A stretch of 64,000 bases of DNA from Candidatus Wirthbacteria bacterium (GTDB taxonomy: Bacteria; Patescibacteriota; CG2-30-54-11). Of the stretch, positions 49,301 to 59,700 are shown piece by piece (positions within the stretch are counted from its first letter, which is position 1; every line of letters begins with the position of its first letter). Position numbers and translations under genes: made by a program. The stretch spans positions 40,766 to 104,765 of the forward strand of contig CAISZI010000008.1 in the NCBI GenBank assembly GCA_903889905.1. The letters run 5' to 3'. Below the pieces are notes generated by a model. That model ran no database searches and had not been told where the DNA came from. It was given only the letters and a program-made list of their open reading frames with translations.

Positions 49301-52300
49301 TACCGAACACAAGCCGGTCTCGCGATTTGTACCATTGGCAAAATTAAAATAAAGTTTATCGGTTCCGCTGCACGCCCAACCTGACGCAATGATCAAACCA
49401 TAACCAGAGGTAAAGGACCCGCCGCTATTGTTGGAAGCATCGATAATATCTGCTGCGGTTGACGTCTTAATCCAGGCAGCCAGTGTAAAATTGCTCGCGC
49501 CCGGGGAAATATTGGCATAAGTCGTCACATCGGCATGATCATCAGCACCATCAAAGACACAACCTCCCCCATATTTCCCCGCTCCTGTGCAATTCATCCC
49601 CGTCGTGTTGGCACCATAATGCGTCGTCCCATTATTTCCCGCCCCCGACGCATCCACCAGCGTCTGGTTGTCACCACTGACGTTATCATCCATTTTCCAA
49701 TACCCCACCAGCCCATCCACCAGCGCCGTGTAATTGTTGGCAAGCCGGCTGAGGGCGAAGCCACCGTTGGTGCTCGCGCCGCTGCGGTTATTGTAGTTGA
49801 GGTTGACGATCGTGGCGGAGATCGCGCTGTTGTAGACTTTGACGTCGTCCATGAACCCGTTCAAATAGGCTGCGCCTACCCGTCCCAGCACGATGTTGGG
49901 CGAATCCATGCCCGTGCCCGTTGTAACCACCACATACTGCCACTGATAAAGTGCAAGTTGCGAGCTGACCTTGCCATTGACATAAACCGTGGGCGAATTA
50001 AATCCGGCTCCTACCTGAATCACACCCGACCCGTTGGTTGTTAGCGTGGCGGTGCCGGCAGTGCCATCGAGCGCTCCCAGTGGCGCGGGCCAAACGGTGG
50101 GACGTACCCAGAATGAGAGTGTCTGTACTCCCGTGATCGCCGAGTTGATATTGACGTATTGCGACGATGCTGCTGTAAATTTAAGACACTTGCCACTCAT
50201 GCACATATCCTCGGTCACCCAGGTTGGATCATCGGCGGCGACGGATGAATTGGCGCCCAGAGTGCCACTGTTGGCATTGAACGCCGAATCATGCACCACC
50301 TGGCCGCTGCCTTCATCCAATTTCCAGTAACCCACCACCGGCCCGGGCATGGGAAAACCCCAGTTGGTGTTGTGACCTTCGTCGGTGAGATCGAGCCCGG
50401 AGATGTCGATCACATTGACGTTGATGTTGTTGGAATATTTGACATTGAGGTAATTAAAATCGCGCGTGCTCTGCGGGTCAAAGCGCCACTGCGTATTGGC
50501 GGCCGACGAATGCAGGCTGAGGCGGTTGACGGTGGAATTACCCTTGAGCGTCGTCGTCCCGAGGATGACTTGCGTTTTGGTGGCGTTACCCGGGAAAACC
50601 AATGTCTGCGGTGATGTCGCGATTTTGCTCAAACTGTTGAACGTCGTACTGCCGACAATGGTCTGGTCAGTACCAGTTAAATGCACCGTGCCACCGTTGT
50701 GGTTAAAGGTGCCGTTGTTGGTCCAGTTGCCCGCCACGTTGAAGGTGCCCGGCGAGGTAAACCCACCACTATTAATACTAAAATCCTTGGCCACCGTGAT
50801 TGTACCCAGCGCACCGGGCACGACCGTATCACTGGCATCGGTCATGTCGATCGAGAGGTTGCTGTAAGACCAGTTCTGGATGTTGTAGTTATCGGCGGCA
50901 CTATCTCCGTCACCCTTATACGACACAGTCGAGCCACTGCTAAGCGTTGGCGCCGTGGGTGTTTCTGACCCAACCAGCCGCAAAGTTCCGGTAGCCTGAA
51001 CAGTAAAGGTCGAGCCACAGACAAAAGCCTGACCATTGATGTCCAAAGTCCCTTGTTGCAACGTACAGGTCTGGCCCGAGACCGTGAGTGCATTGTTGAG
51101 CGTCAACGTTCCACCGGCTTTGTTGACATTAAAAATCGAGGCAAAGGTACCATTCGTTTTGGTGAAACCTTGCGCGCCGGTGCCGTTAAAATTAATCGTC
51201 AAATTGGCGCCGCCCAGGTTGTTGGCCGACGACTCGCTGAAATTACCCGCTACATTCAAGATCATGCCGCCGACCGGGTTGGAAATCGTACCAGCCGAAT
51301 AAGTAAAATCCGTCGTCGTAAAGCCCTGCGTCAAAGTCAGGGCAGAAGCGGCTGACTTGCTCCAGGCGTTGTAAGTCACATTGGCAGCATCCAAAGTCTG
51401 GGTACCACCACTGCCGTTCAGGATCAAGGATATTGGCGTGGTAAAAGTCGACGCACCATTAATGGTCAGGTTGCCAAAAATAGTAAAGGTTGGGTTGGCA
51501 GCTGTCGTCAATGTCTTGCCGGAATTGTTGGTAAGATGACCAAAACTGTACCCATACGCCGCCGCCGTGTAAGTGGTCAATGACGAAAGTGTGGTCGTGC
51601 CATTGTTGACATAATCGCCGTTCATGGCCCACGTCGTGACATTGCCAGACAAGGTGCCGGTGTTGGTAAAAATCCCGCCCACGTTGGCTGTAAGCGTGCC
51701 GGTCCCGACAGTAATCGTGCCATTGTTGGTGAGTCCGTAGCTGCAATTACTATTGGCACAATACGTGTTAACGAGCGTCAGCGTCGGTGTATTACCCAGT
51801 GGCAACGTGGTGCCGCTGGCCACGGTCATGAGCGCATTGGTGCCAAAGCTGGACATGGAACGGTTGATACTGACCGGCGTATTAAAAGTGACGGTGGGCG
51901 CATCGATCGTACTATTGTAAGAGCTGCTGCCATTCAGATTGAGCGTGACATTGGAGGTCGGAAAACCGGTATTGGGACTGGTGATGATGAAACTATCGGC
52001 CACATTGAAGGTCACACCGGCGGCGGCCGTAAAGGTTTTGCTGGCATTGTTGGTAAAACTGCCCTGACCATGGAAATACGCACTGGAGCTAAAAGTCGCC
52101 AGTGACGCCAACGTCACCGTGCCGTTATTGACAAAGTCTCCACTGTGCGACCACGCCGTGGCACTGCCGGAGATCGTGCCTGCATTGGTAAAAAAGCCGC
52201 TCACGTTGGAGGTAAAAGTACCTGTCCCGACGGTAATCGTGCCGTTGTTGGTCAAATCGTACTGGCATACTCCCATGCAACCGTTATTGACCACCGTAAT

Positions 52301-55111
52301 GGTCGGGGCATTGCCCAGGGGCAAGGTCGTGCCACTCGCAATCGTCATGCCGATCTGAACACTGATGGAACCAAAGACGCGATTAATCCCCACCGGTGCA
52401 TTGAAGGTCACACTGGAGGCGTCAATCGTAGAATTCCCCTGATAAGTACCGTTTAGATTGAGATTGACATTGGCAGCCGGAAAACCGGTATTGGGATTGT
52501 TGATAAGAAAACTGCTGGCGATATTGAATGTCGGTCCAGCGGCAGCGGTAAAAGTCTTGTTGGCATTATTGGTAAAAGCGCCGGTACCGTTGAAATAAGT
52601 ACTCGACGAATAAGTAGCCAGCGACGCCAAAGTCACGGTGCCGTTGTTAACAAAATCCCCATTCATGTTCCAGGTGGTGGCGGAACCGGAAATCGTCCCG
52701 TTGTTGGTCAACACGGCACCGACATTGCTCGTGAACGTACCTGTGCCAACCGTGATCGTACCGTTGTTGGTCAGGAAATACTGGCACCAACTCGAGGTAC
52801 AATAAGTATTCACCAGCGTGAGGGTCGCAGTATTGCCGAGCGGCAAAGTTGTCCCGTTGGCCACGGTCAACACCGGCGAATCGGCAAAACTACTGATCGA
52901 ACGACTGATCGTCACCAGATTAAAAGTGATTCCCGCGGCATCCACCGAACTACTGCCGACGACTGTCCCGTCAAACGCCACCGTACCGCCATTGGCGCTA
53001 AAGGTGGGTGCACCGGATTTGGTAAAACTGGCGGTGATATGCATGGTGCCGGAGGTATTGGTAAAAGTCCCGCTCGACAGGGTAAAACTGCCGGCATTGC
53101 CGCCCGACCCGATGTTGATCGCGCCACTGCCCCCCGCAAAGGTGCCCGCGCCAAAGACAAAGTTCGACGTCCCCACCGTCACCTGGTAACTGCCTGATTG
53201 GGTAAAAGTGCCACTGTAACTGCTGCCAAAACTCAGTCCCGCCACGTTGACATCCGCGCCCAGTGTCACTGATCCATTATGCGTGCTGGTAAAAACTGCC
53301 GTGTCACCGGATTGCGGATAGGAACCGCTGCAGCTGCCCCAGTTGCCGGCCGTGGCAAAAGTTCCGGTCGTGTCATTGAGCCAGGCGCAGGCCGCGTCCG
53401 AGGCGATCTGCCACGACCGCGCTTCGATAAAAAAAAGCGAACCGGTCGCCGAACCGGTCAAAAATTTGAGCGGCCCCACCAGATAAAATTCTGGCGATAC
53501 TTCGGGCGCCTTGTACTGGTAACCAATCGTTAGTACCGTGTTCGCATGCATGTCGACGGTCCAGTCGATGTGTTGCACATCACCGACTCTGCGCACCGTA
53601 GCGTAAGCTGTTGTCGATGCCAAAGGCGTTATCACAAAGTTCGCTGGCACGGTTTCTTCGATAACTCCCTGAAACGACTGATTGGCCGTGATGCGCAACG
53701 TGACCGGCAGCGGATTAAAGGGGAACAAACGTGTGGCAGCGATGCGTTCAACGGTAAGTGGTACACTGTCTTGGACGACGATGGTATCTGTAATCGTATA
53801 GGGCCCTTTGTCAGTCCGCGCCAGCAACGTGAGTTGATAATCGCCGCTATCGCCCAGTTTGTAGGTCGCCTCAAAGTCTGGCCTGGTATTGATACCATAA
53901 ACAAGGCACTCGGGGTTACGCACAATTTTGCCATTGGCCGTCGACAGTTCATCCACCTGACCATTGTGGCTAATACGCAAAAACAAGGCTGCATTGCAAT
54001 TCATATCCCCACGCTCATCGAGCACGGCAAAGGACAATTTGGCCATCTGGTTGGGTGTGTAAATGGACTGGTTGGCATTCATGGCCAGCACACCCCAGGT
54101 AAAATCCTGGGTAATTTGTTTGTGGTTACCGTTTTGGATGACGTCAACGGCCAGCCGATATTTGCCGGGCTTAAACGTATTCCCCTGTTTGGGCACAACG
54201 GCAAAGGAATAGGTATGATCCACGAGCGGCGACACCTGCACGCCAACGATGGCTGACTCAGTCCTGGCTTGATTCAAATCCGCATTGTCGCGCACGTAAT
54301 AGACTTTGGCATCCACCGTGGTCTGGCTGTCGGTGATTGTCGATGATACCGGTGCTACATCGGCGGCATAAGCTGTGGCAATCAGCGACGAAGTGGCCTT
54401 GGCCGGCAATTTGGCACTGGCGTCATAGGCCATGACAAACACCACCGCTTCACTGGCGCTGAAGTTAGTCTTGGGTTTGAGCAGCGTCTGCTGATCGTTT
54501 GCCACGCTAAACAGCGCGGCTGAGGAAACCGCAGTATTCCTGGATGAGGCAAAAGTCTGCGGTTTGGAGACAAAATAACTCGCCCCCAACCCCGCCAGCA
54601 GAACAATAAAAATCGCCCCCAGCGCGACCCGACGAGCATGTACAAAACGGCCAAAAACGGATTTAAGAGCGGGCAGGTGGATGGGAGTGGTGAGGAGGGG
54701 AATCACCCCCCTCATGGCCTCCCCCCGCTGCTGCAAGGGGAGGGATAAAATCTGCCCCGCCCCTGCCTTAGCAGGCTTTAGTCCCCCTTGCGGGGGGGAG
54801 GGCAGGGAGGGTGTAGTTTTGACCGCCACTGTCTCAACGGGCTTCATTCCCCCTTGCGGAAAGGAAGGTTGGGAAGGGGTAGTCTTATTAAACGTCACCA
54901 ATCTTCCCCTCCCCCCTTGGGGGAGGGCTGGGGAAAGGGGTCTTGCAGAAATCCCCTCTCTCTGTCTCTCCCCCGGGGGGGGAGAGGAAAGTTTGTTCCT
55001 CAGATCAACTGTCCTCGTCACTGGCATACTTCGCCCAATCCCATAACCTGTTTGCGGTCGCGGGGTATCGGTTGCATCGTCAAATTGTAGTTTTTGTCTG
55101 ATCTTGGCCAT
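46307..55111 (-). CDS. giant surface protein B: N-terminal TM, Ig-like region, Asn/Thr-rich beta-helix-like repeats, six LamG domains
   Basis: QDFTWGVLAMN region, three ~173-aa repeats, LamG motifs; start chosen from the shared N-terminal motif (alternative 55144). Confidence 0.9.
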   Translation of the reverse strand: MAKIRQKLQFDDATDTPRPQTGYGIGRSMPVTRTVDLRNKLSSPPPGERQREGISARPLSPALPQGGRGRLVTFNKTTPSQPSFPQGGMKPVETVAVKTTPSLPSPPQGGLKPAKAGAGQILSLPLQQRGEAMRGVIPLLTTPIHLPALKSVFGRFVHARRVALGAIFIVLLAGLGASYFVSKPQTFASSRNTAVSSAALFSVANDQQTLLKPKTNFSASEAVVFVMAYDASAKLPAKATSSLIATAYAADVAPVSSTITDSQTTVDAKVYYVRDNADLNQARTESAIVGVQVSPLVDHTYSFAVVPKQGNTFKPGKYRLAVDVIQNGNHKQITQDFTWGVLAMNANQSIYTPNQMAKLSFAVLDERGDMNCNAALFLRISHNGQVDELSTANGKIVRNPECLVYGINTRPDFEATYKLGDSGDYQLTLLARTDKGPYTITDTIVVQDSVPLTVERIAATRLFPFNPLPVTLRITANQSFQGVIEETVPANFVITPLASTTAYATVRRVGDVQHIDWTVDMHANTVLTIGYQYKAPEVSPEFYLVGPLKFLTGSATGSLFFIEARSWQIASDAACAWLNDTTGTFATAGNWGSCSGSYPQSGDTAVFTSTHNGSVTLGADVNVAGLSFGSSYSGTFTQSGSYQVTVGTSNFVFGAGTFAGGSGAINIGSGGNAGSFTLSSGTFTNTSGTMHITASFTKSGAPTFSANGGTVAFDGTVVGSSSVDAAGITFNLVTISRSISSFADSPVLTVANGTTLPLGNTATLTLVNTYCTSSWCQYFLTNNGTITVGTGTFTSNVGAVLTNNGTISGSATTWNMNGDFVNNGTVTLASLATYSSSTYFNGTGAFTNNANKTFTAAAGPTFNIASSFLINNPNTGFPAANVNLNLNGTYQGNSTIDASSVTFNAPVGINRVFGSISVQIGMTIASGTTLPLGNAPTITVVNNGCMGVCQYDLTNNGTITVGTGTFTSNVSGFFTNAGTISGSATAWSHSGDFVNNGTVTLASLATFSSSAYFHGQGSFTNNASKTFTAAAGVTFNVADSFIITSPNTGFPTSNVTLNLNGSSSYNSTIDAPTVTFNTPVSINRSMSSFGTNALMTVASGTTLPLGNTPTLTLVNTYCANSNCSYGLTNNGTITVGTGTLTANVGGIFTNTGTLSGNVTTWAMNGDYVNNGTTTLSSLTTYTAAAYGYSFGHLTNNSGKTLTTAANPTFTIFGNLTINGASTFTTPISLILNGSGGTQTLDAANVTYNAWSKSAASALTLTQGFTTTDFTYSAGTISNPVGGMILNVAGNFSESSANNLGGANLTINFNGTGAQGFTKTNGTFASIFNVNKAGGTLTLNNALTVSGQTCTLQQGTLDINGQAFVCGSTFTVQATGTLRLVGSETPTAPTLSSGSTVSYKGDGDSAADNYNIQNWSYSNLSIDMTDASDTVVPGALGTITVAKDFSINSGGFTSPGTFNVAGNWTNNGTFNHNGGTVHLTGTDQTIVGSTTFNSLSKIATSPQTLVFPGNATKTQVILGTTTLKGNSTVNRLSLHSSAANTQWRFDPQSTRDFNYLNVKYSNNINVNVIDISGLDLTDEGHNTNWGFPMPGPVVGYWKLDEGSGQVVHDSAFNANSGTLGANSSVAADDPTWVTEDMCMSGKCLKFTAASSQYVNINSAITGVQTLSFWVRPTVWPAPLGALDGTAGTATLTTNGSGVIQVGAGFNSPTVYVNGKVSSQLALYQWQYVVVTTGTGMDSPNIVLGRVGAAYLNGFMDDVKVYNSAISATIVNLNYNNRSGASTNGGFALSRLANNYTALVDGLVGYWKMDDNVSGDNQTLVDASGAGNNGTTHYGANTTGMNCTGAGKYGGGCVFDGADDHADVTTYANISPGASNFTLAAWIKTSTAADIIDASNNSGGSFTSGYGLIIASGWACSGTDKLYFNFANGTNRETGLCSVTGVRDGAWHHVVVSVQRLKIMSIYIDGKLDASAPTTLTGNITLPHFKLANTMWENWWNGSQDDVRIYNRALTALEVQQLYTWAPGPVGWWKMDEGSGTSTADSSGKGSTGTITGATWLPAGKISNALNFSGTNTWVDEGNTTPLQMRSDFTISLWEKVANIDATYSRGMVSKFYNTVGNRGYRFGIGNGAGKLLFTISNDGTNAVQVASNSSIVAGAWTYVSAVYHASSGTVDFYVNGILDSTQSGLPTSVFNTAENFQIGTWDIGLNSHAFVGALDDIRIYNYALTQKQIESTQAADHPAVGTKMMAAYWKFDEGTGSTAHDSEAKGHDGSIVSATWTTAGQFGKALTFNGSSAYVNVPDAASLQPGAGASWTVSAWAKPANSDQTGPIVTKRQNSANYPQYSLMICGNSDCSAAGQFLVGSFTQANGTVDRIAVSTADVADGNWHYYAMVADQSTDKVRLFVDGKEVATTLTTHGTWPNITNADALRIGNDNSTHYFSGPIDEVKVYTYAITPDEVLLDFNHGSATVVGANTVDSSGNASRSDASLYCVPGDASSCNPPVAEWKFDEGTGSTATDTSGNAFNGAWQGSLGSQWKPGKIGGAGNFNGTNNYLTTNNGNSIKGLTQVTIEGWIYLTQLGVINPIFTEPINVDGSNRFQFMVNASNMLGIGGRAPDAGGYVTWASDSRALSANTWYHVAVVYDSVADVHHIYLNGVNYSQSTASVAFDNTTPNFVPRIGTDVAAANMFHGKIDDLRLYNYARTPAQIAWDYNRGLPVAWWKFDECQNATLHDSSGNNLSGTWSGAGGSQTSVGKCATNASTAWYSGRSGKYNGSLNFDGTDDVVTLGNPSGLDFTGPMTMSTWVKTSANAGRVIAKGSGTYMMSIGLGAGVNGKVPAVFFGSTQVYDNAVTVADGGWHHLVAIYTPSTSIAIYVDAIRKVYTTTSIPATLPSSAATTYIGGTDFPFTGQIDDVRLYNYSLTPTQVQILYNQNAVVNLK

Positions 55112-55175
55112 GGGTTCCTGTTTGATCTGACGGTATTGTAGCACCTCAAAGCAGTGGCAAGCTACAGGAATGCAA

Positions 55176-55322
55176 CTACCCCCTACCTAGCCTCCCCCCG
55201 CTGCTGCAGGGGGAGGGATATGATCTTCACCGCCCCTGTCTTAGCGGGGGAGGATGTAGGAGGGGGTAGGTTTGTCCGCCCCTGACCATTCTGATGGACG
55301 GGGGAGGGCAGCGAGGGGGTAA
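55176..55322. repeat. cluster of three GC-rich palindromic repeats (intergenic)
   Basis: cctccccccgctgctgcaggggggaggg and two further copies ending gggggta. Confidence 0.75.
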
Positions 55323-55323
55323 T

Positions 55324-56451
55324 TCAGACCACAAACCCCAACCAATTCTCCTTGCTCACCACCTCCCAACTTGCATCCGGATAGGTCCGGCGCCACAGTT
55401 TGGGTTCTTTGGATTTTTTGATGCCCCACTTGAATTCATAACCATGTAATTTGCCATCGTAGTCTTCGACGTAGTCCACTTCCTGCTGGGTGTAGGTGCG
55501 CCAGAAGTAGGTATTAGCATGGTGCAGTAAATAATGATTGCGCTTGAGGCGCTCGGTGAACAGGTAATTTTCCCACAACTGGCCGACATCATTACGCTGG
55601 TCAAGCGGATTGAAATTATTGATCAACGCGTTACGGACACCATTGTCAAAAAAATAAAAACGGGAACTTTTACTAATTTCCTTGCGCAGGTTGCGGCTAA
55701 AACCAGTAACACGCCGGATGACAAACACTTTTTCCAGAAGATCCAGATAACGTTCAATCGTGCCCAGGTTCAATGTTAGCGAGGATGCCAACTCCTTGAG
55801 CGAAACCTCATGGCCAATCTGAAACGCAACCAGGCGCAGTAGATCCAGCAATTTGTCGGCGTGGCGAATATCCTGGAGAGCAAGCAAATCCCGAAACAGG
55901 TAATTGTCGACGACCGAACCCAGAATTCCCCGCTTGTCGCCCATATCCACCGCCGTCACCACGTCAGGAAAACCACCAAAAATAAGCCGCTCGGGGAGAC
56001 GCTCTGTTGTCTGCATGAAATTTTCGGTCTTGCCAATCTCCATTTGCGCCAATGGATACAGATAATACATCCACTTGCGGCCCACCAGTGGTTCACCCAC
56101 CTGATTGGCTAGTTCAAAAGAGGATGAGCCAGTCGCCATGACGCGGATACCGGGAAAGCTATCCACGATAATTTTGAGATTCAGCCCTATCTCATCAATG
56201 CGTTGCGCCTCATCAATCAAAAGCACATCGGCGTTACCAATATTATTTTTCAATATTTCAAAACTACGCGAGCTGAGCCAGCGTGAATTCACATCATCGC
56301 CATTGACCCGAAGGACTTTGCCCTCAATCTGCGACTCGATATGTTTCATCAGCGTCGTTTTGCCCGTACGCCGTGGACCATAGAGAACAACAACTTTGTT
56401 GGGCGTCAGATGTGACAAAATAGTAGACGTGAGGGCTCGCTCAATGTACAT
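55324..56451 (-). CDS. AAA+ ATPase (AAA_14) with DUF4143 domain
   Basis: GPRRTGKT, IDEAQ, ATGSSS, FYFFDNG, GQLWEN, YFWRT..QQEVDYV...YEFK. Confidence 0.92.
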   Translation of the reverse strand: MYIERALTSTILSHLTPNKVVVLYGPRRTGKTTLMKHIESQIEGKVLRVNGDDVNSRWLSSRSFEILKNNIGNADVLLIDEAQRIDEIGLNLKIIVDSFPGIRVMATGSSSFELANQVGEPLVGRKWMYYLYPLAQMEIGKTENFMQTTERLPERLIFGGFPDVVTAVDMGDKRGILGSVVDNYLFRDLLALQDIRHADKLLDLLRLVAFQIGHEVSLKELASSLTLNLGTIERYLDLLEKVFVIRRVTGFSRNLRKEISKSSRFYFFDNGVRNALINNFNPLDQRNDVGQLWENYLFTERLKRNHYLLHHANTYFWRTYTQQEVDYVEDYDGKLHGYEFKWGIKKSKEPKLWRRTYPDASWEVVSKENWLGFVV

Positions 56452-56617
56452 ATTTGACCAAATTAGTATGTTGTACTATTCTAATTATATTGAATTAGTA
56501 CGTTTTTGTAAATAATCAATACCACGCAGTTGTTATATTTGACTGAATTCGTAAGGTTGAGTTCACGAATTTGACTGAATTGGTCTAGTACGATGTGCGT
56601 ATTTGATGGAATTGGGA
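56452..56617. promoter_or_regulatory. five phased 17-bp direct repeats (consensus ATTTGACTGAATTnGTA)
   Basis: Starts at 56452, 56484, 56537, 56569 and 56601 (spacing 32, 53, 32, 32). Confidence 0.7.
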
Positions 56618-56638
56618 TGGTGACTATGGGAAGGGGAG

Positions 56639-56721
56639 TAACACCCCCCGCCCCCTCTTACTCTAAGAGGGGGTCTGATCCGATCCCCCCGCTTAAGGTA
56701 AGCGGGGGCTAGGGGGCGTTA
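56639..56721. repeat. inverted pair of TAAC/GTTA-flanked palindromic repeats (intergenic)
   Basis: taacaccccccgccccctcttactctaagaggggg ... cccccgcttaaggtaagcgggggctagggggcgtta. Confidence 0.85.
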
Positions 56722-56728
56722 TGAATCT

Positions 56729-59700
56729 TTATCTGAACTCCACCGCCGAACTCCCATTGGCCAGGGTCTGCACCTGCGTCGCGGTCAGGGCGTAGTTGTA
56801 GATGCGGACGTCGTCGATTTGGCCATTGTAATAAAGTCCTGAATAAGATCGTCTACCAATTTCAGTTGTGGCAGTACTGTAATCTATCACCGCACCTGCG
56901 TCATTATCCCCAATTACAAGTGTCTGACTGATGCCATTAATATAAATATGAATCCCCGACGCATTGCCTGATCCGTCATATGTCATGACAACATGATTCC
57001 ATGAGTTCAGAATCAACCCGTTTGACACCGTGACATAGTATTTATCAGTTCCCGAAGAAGCGAGAACTGCAGAAAGTCCATCGTCGTCAAATATAGTGAA
57101 ATTCCAACCATTAAATGTAGAGGCACTCTGGTTTTGGATTATAGCGGAATAATTTGTCATACCTGTGATTGGTTTGATCCAAGCCGAAGCAGAAAAAGAA
57201 CTAGTTGTCTGAAATGATAATGCGGTTTTGTTGGTTCCAGCATTTAAATAATCACTATTCCCACTATTAAACGCCAGACTCCCATTAATCTTCCCACTCG
57301 CCCCGTTCCCCCACGCCGTCGCTGCTGTGGTGCAAGTCCCGACCGCTGTCCCGCCCATCCATGTTCCGTTCAATCCATTGCCACTCCGATCATGCAACAC
57401 CGTACCCGTACACTCGTCGAAATCCCAGTACGCCACTGGCGCGCCACGGTTGTAGTCCCAGGCAATCTGTGCAGGCGAGAGTGTATAAGTATAAATCCTG
57501 ACTTGATCTATCAGTCCATTAAATGCATTGGTATAGCTTGCACCATTTTTGAGTGCACCGAGATAAAGCGGTCTACTGTTATTGTTTAACCCTGCAAAAG
57601 TTGTCGCCACTTCGTTTTTGCCATCAATATAGCCACTTACCGCCGTTCCACTGATCGTAATCGCCACATAATGCCACTTGCCATCCTTGAGGTTGGTAGT
57701 CGAAAGAGTAACGCTGTTGTTGGAACCAAAATACAGTGTCAGATATCCGGTTGCATTGGCAACATACATTCCATAGTCATAGATCGGTGATAGAGCCATA
57801 TCGCCTTTGCCAACGATGAAACTTCCGCCAGCCGATGTTTTGATCCAGGCCGAATAAGTCATCTGAGCTGACGACGCAAGTGCTGCCGGTGTCGAAAGAT
57901 CAACATGTTTTGTGGCATTAAAATTCCCAGCATTCCCAAACTTGCCTGGCTTCCATGAATTCCCCCCCTGCCACGTCCCATTATTACCGCCACCACTTGA
58001 ATCATTGACCGTCCCGCCGCTGCCCTCATCAAATTTCCACTCCCCCACCGGCGGGTTACAAGTGCTGCTATCCCCAGGCACGCAATACGCCCGGCTGGCA
58101 GAGTTGTCCGGAGCTCCGGTCGAAGTCGTGCCACTAGCGCCCATGGCGGTCAGGGAACCGTGGTTGAAGTCGACGATGACGTCGTCGGAGGTCAGATTGT
58201 AGTTATAAATTTTGGTTTCATCGATAGTGCCAGCCATGCGATTCGCTGTGCCACCATCCTCGGAACCGGTCTCCAGATTGGCATTGGCGGCGCTATCGTA
58301 GATGGCAGCTGGGATCGCAGTGGTGTTCTGGCCGTTCTGTTTGGAACCGACGTAAACCGTGAGTGACGTACTCGGAACATAAACACCCGTGACGTAATAC
58401 CAGGTGCCCGTGGCAAGCGTCGTCGTACCCGTTGCGGTTTTGACATTACCTGCGGTGCCGTCCGAACTGATATCAAAGTTCACCTTGCCGCTCGCGTCGG
58501 TATAGAGGCGGTATGAACGGTAGTTGGTCGCACCTGACGTCTTCCATTTGGCCATGATGTCATGCGCCGCGTTGTTGGTCGTAAGGTTGACCCAGCCCGA
58601 TAGGGTGATCGCACCGGTTTGACGCAAGATCGAGTTATTGCCATGGGTGACATAAGCTGTGGTGCCGTTGAAGCTTAGTGCTTTGCCAAATTTGCCGCTA
58701 TTGGTCCAGCTCGGCAGTGTGGCGCCGGATAAGGTGCCATTCAGCACAGAACCCGAGTTGCCGGAATTGTTGATCGTACCGCCAAACCCTTCGTCCATGT
58801 CCCAGTGGCCAATCATCATTTTGGTCCCCACACCGGGGTGGTTGTAATTCATGTCTTCGACAATTTGTTCAGGGGTGCGGGCGTAGTTGTAAATTATCAA
58901 GTTATCTATAGAACCGTTAAAAAAAGCACTTCTTTTTCCAATTGCCAAGTTGCCCGCATTTGCCAATGACAAGGCTGAAGACCATGTATCCTGCTGGACA
59001 CCATTGAAGTAAGTATAAAAATTATTCCCATTGCGCTCGACAGTACGGTAAACCCACTGTCCAAGACTATATGGACCAATACTGCGTGCACTGGCAATGT
59101 CCCAGCCTGAACCGTTAGAACTTGCCCAGAATCGTGAATAATCGCAAGTAAAATCCTGGCCCGCGACAAAACCGACATAGCCACCGACATTCGCCGCATC
59201 TGAAAGTAGTACCGCCTGGTCAAAAGAACAACTCTTTTTATTTTCCCACCATGAAATAGTAAAACCACCTGTCCCAAAATTAAATACCGAGCTACTGGGA
59301 ACCTGGACAAAATTATCCGTCCCATTGAAATTCCCCGCATTACTGATCTTCCCCACTCTCCACTGATTCCCCAATGTCCCCGCCCATGTCCCCGTATTCC
59401 CAAAACCGCTGCTGTCATTGACCTTGGCGCCACTGGCTTCATCAAACTTCCACCACCCCACCGGTCCCGGCGCGAAGTTATAAAGTTTCTGAACATCGTC
59501 GGCACTGAGAACGCGGTTATAAACACGCACCTCATCAATGGTACCCGGGAACAAATTGAGCAGTGCACTGGCAGAATCCGAATACGACGCCCCGATATAG
59601 AAATTATGGTAATACCCGTTGAGTGTGCGGGCGCCTGAGTTTTCCAGTAAACCATTGAGATAAAGTTTGGCGGTCGTGCCATCGAATGTTCCTACCACGT

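Noticed and set aside
56452-56617. Mini-CRISPR
   Set aside because: The repeats are only 17 bp and degenerate, most gaps are ~15 bp, and there are no cas genes
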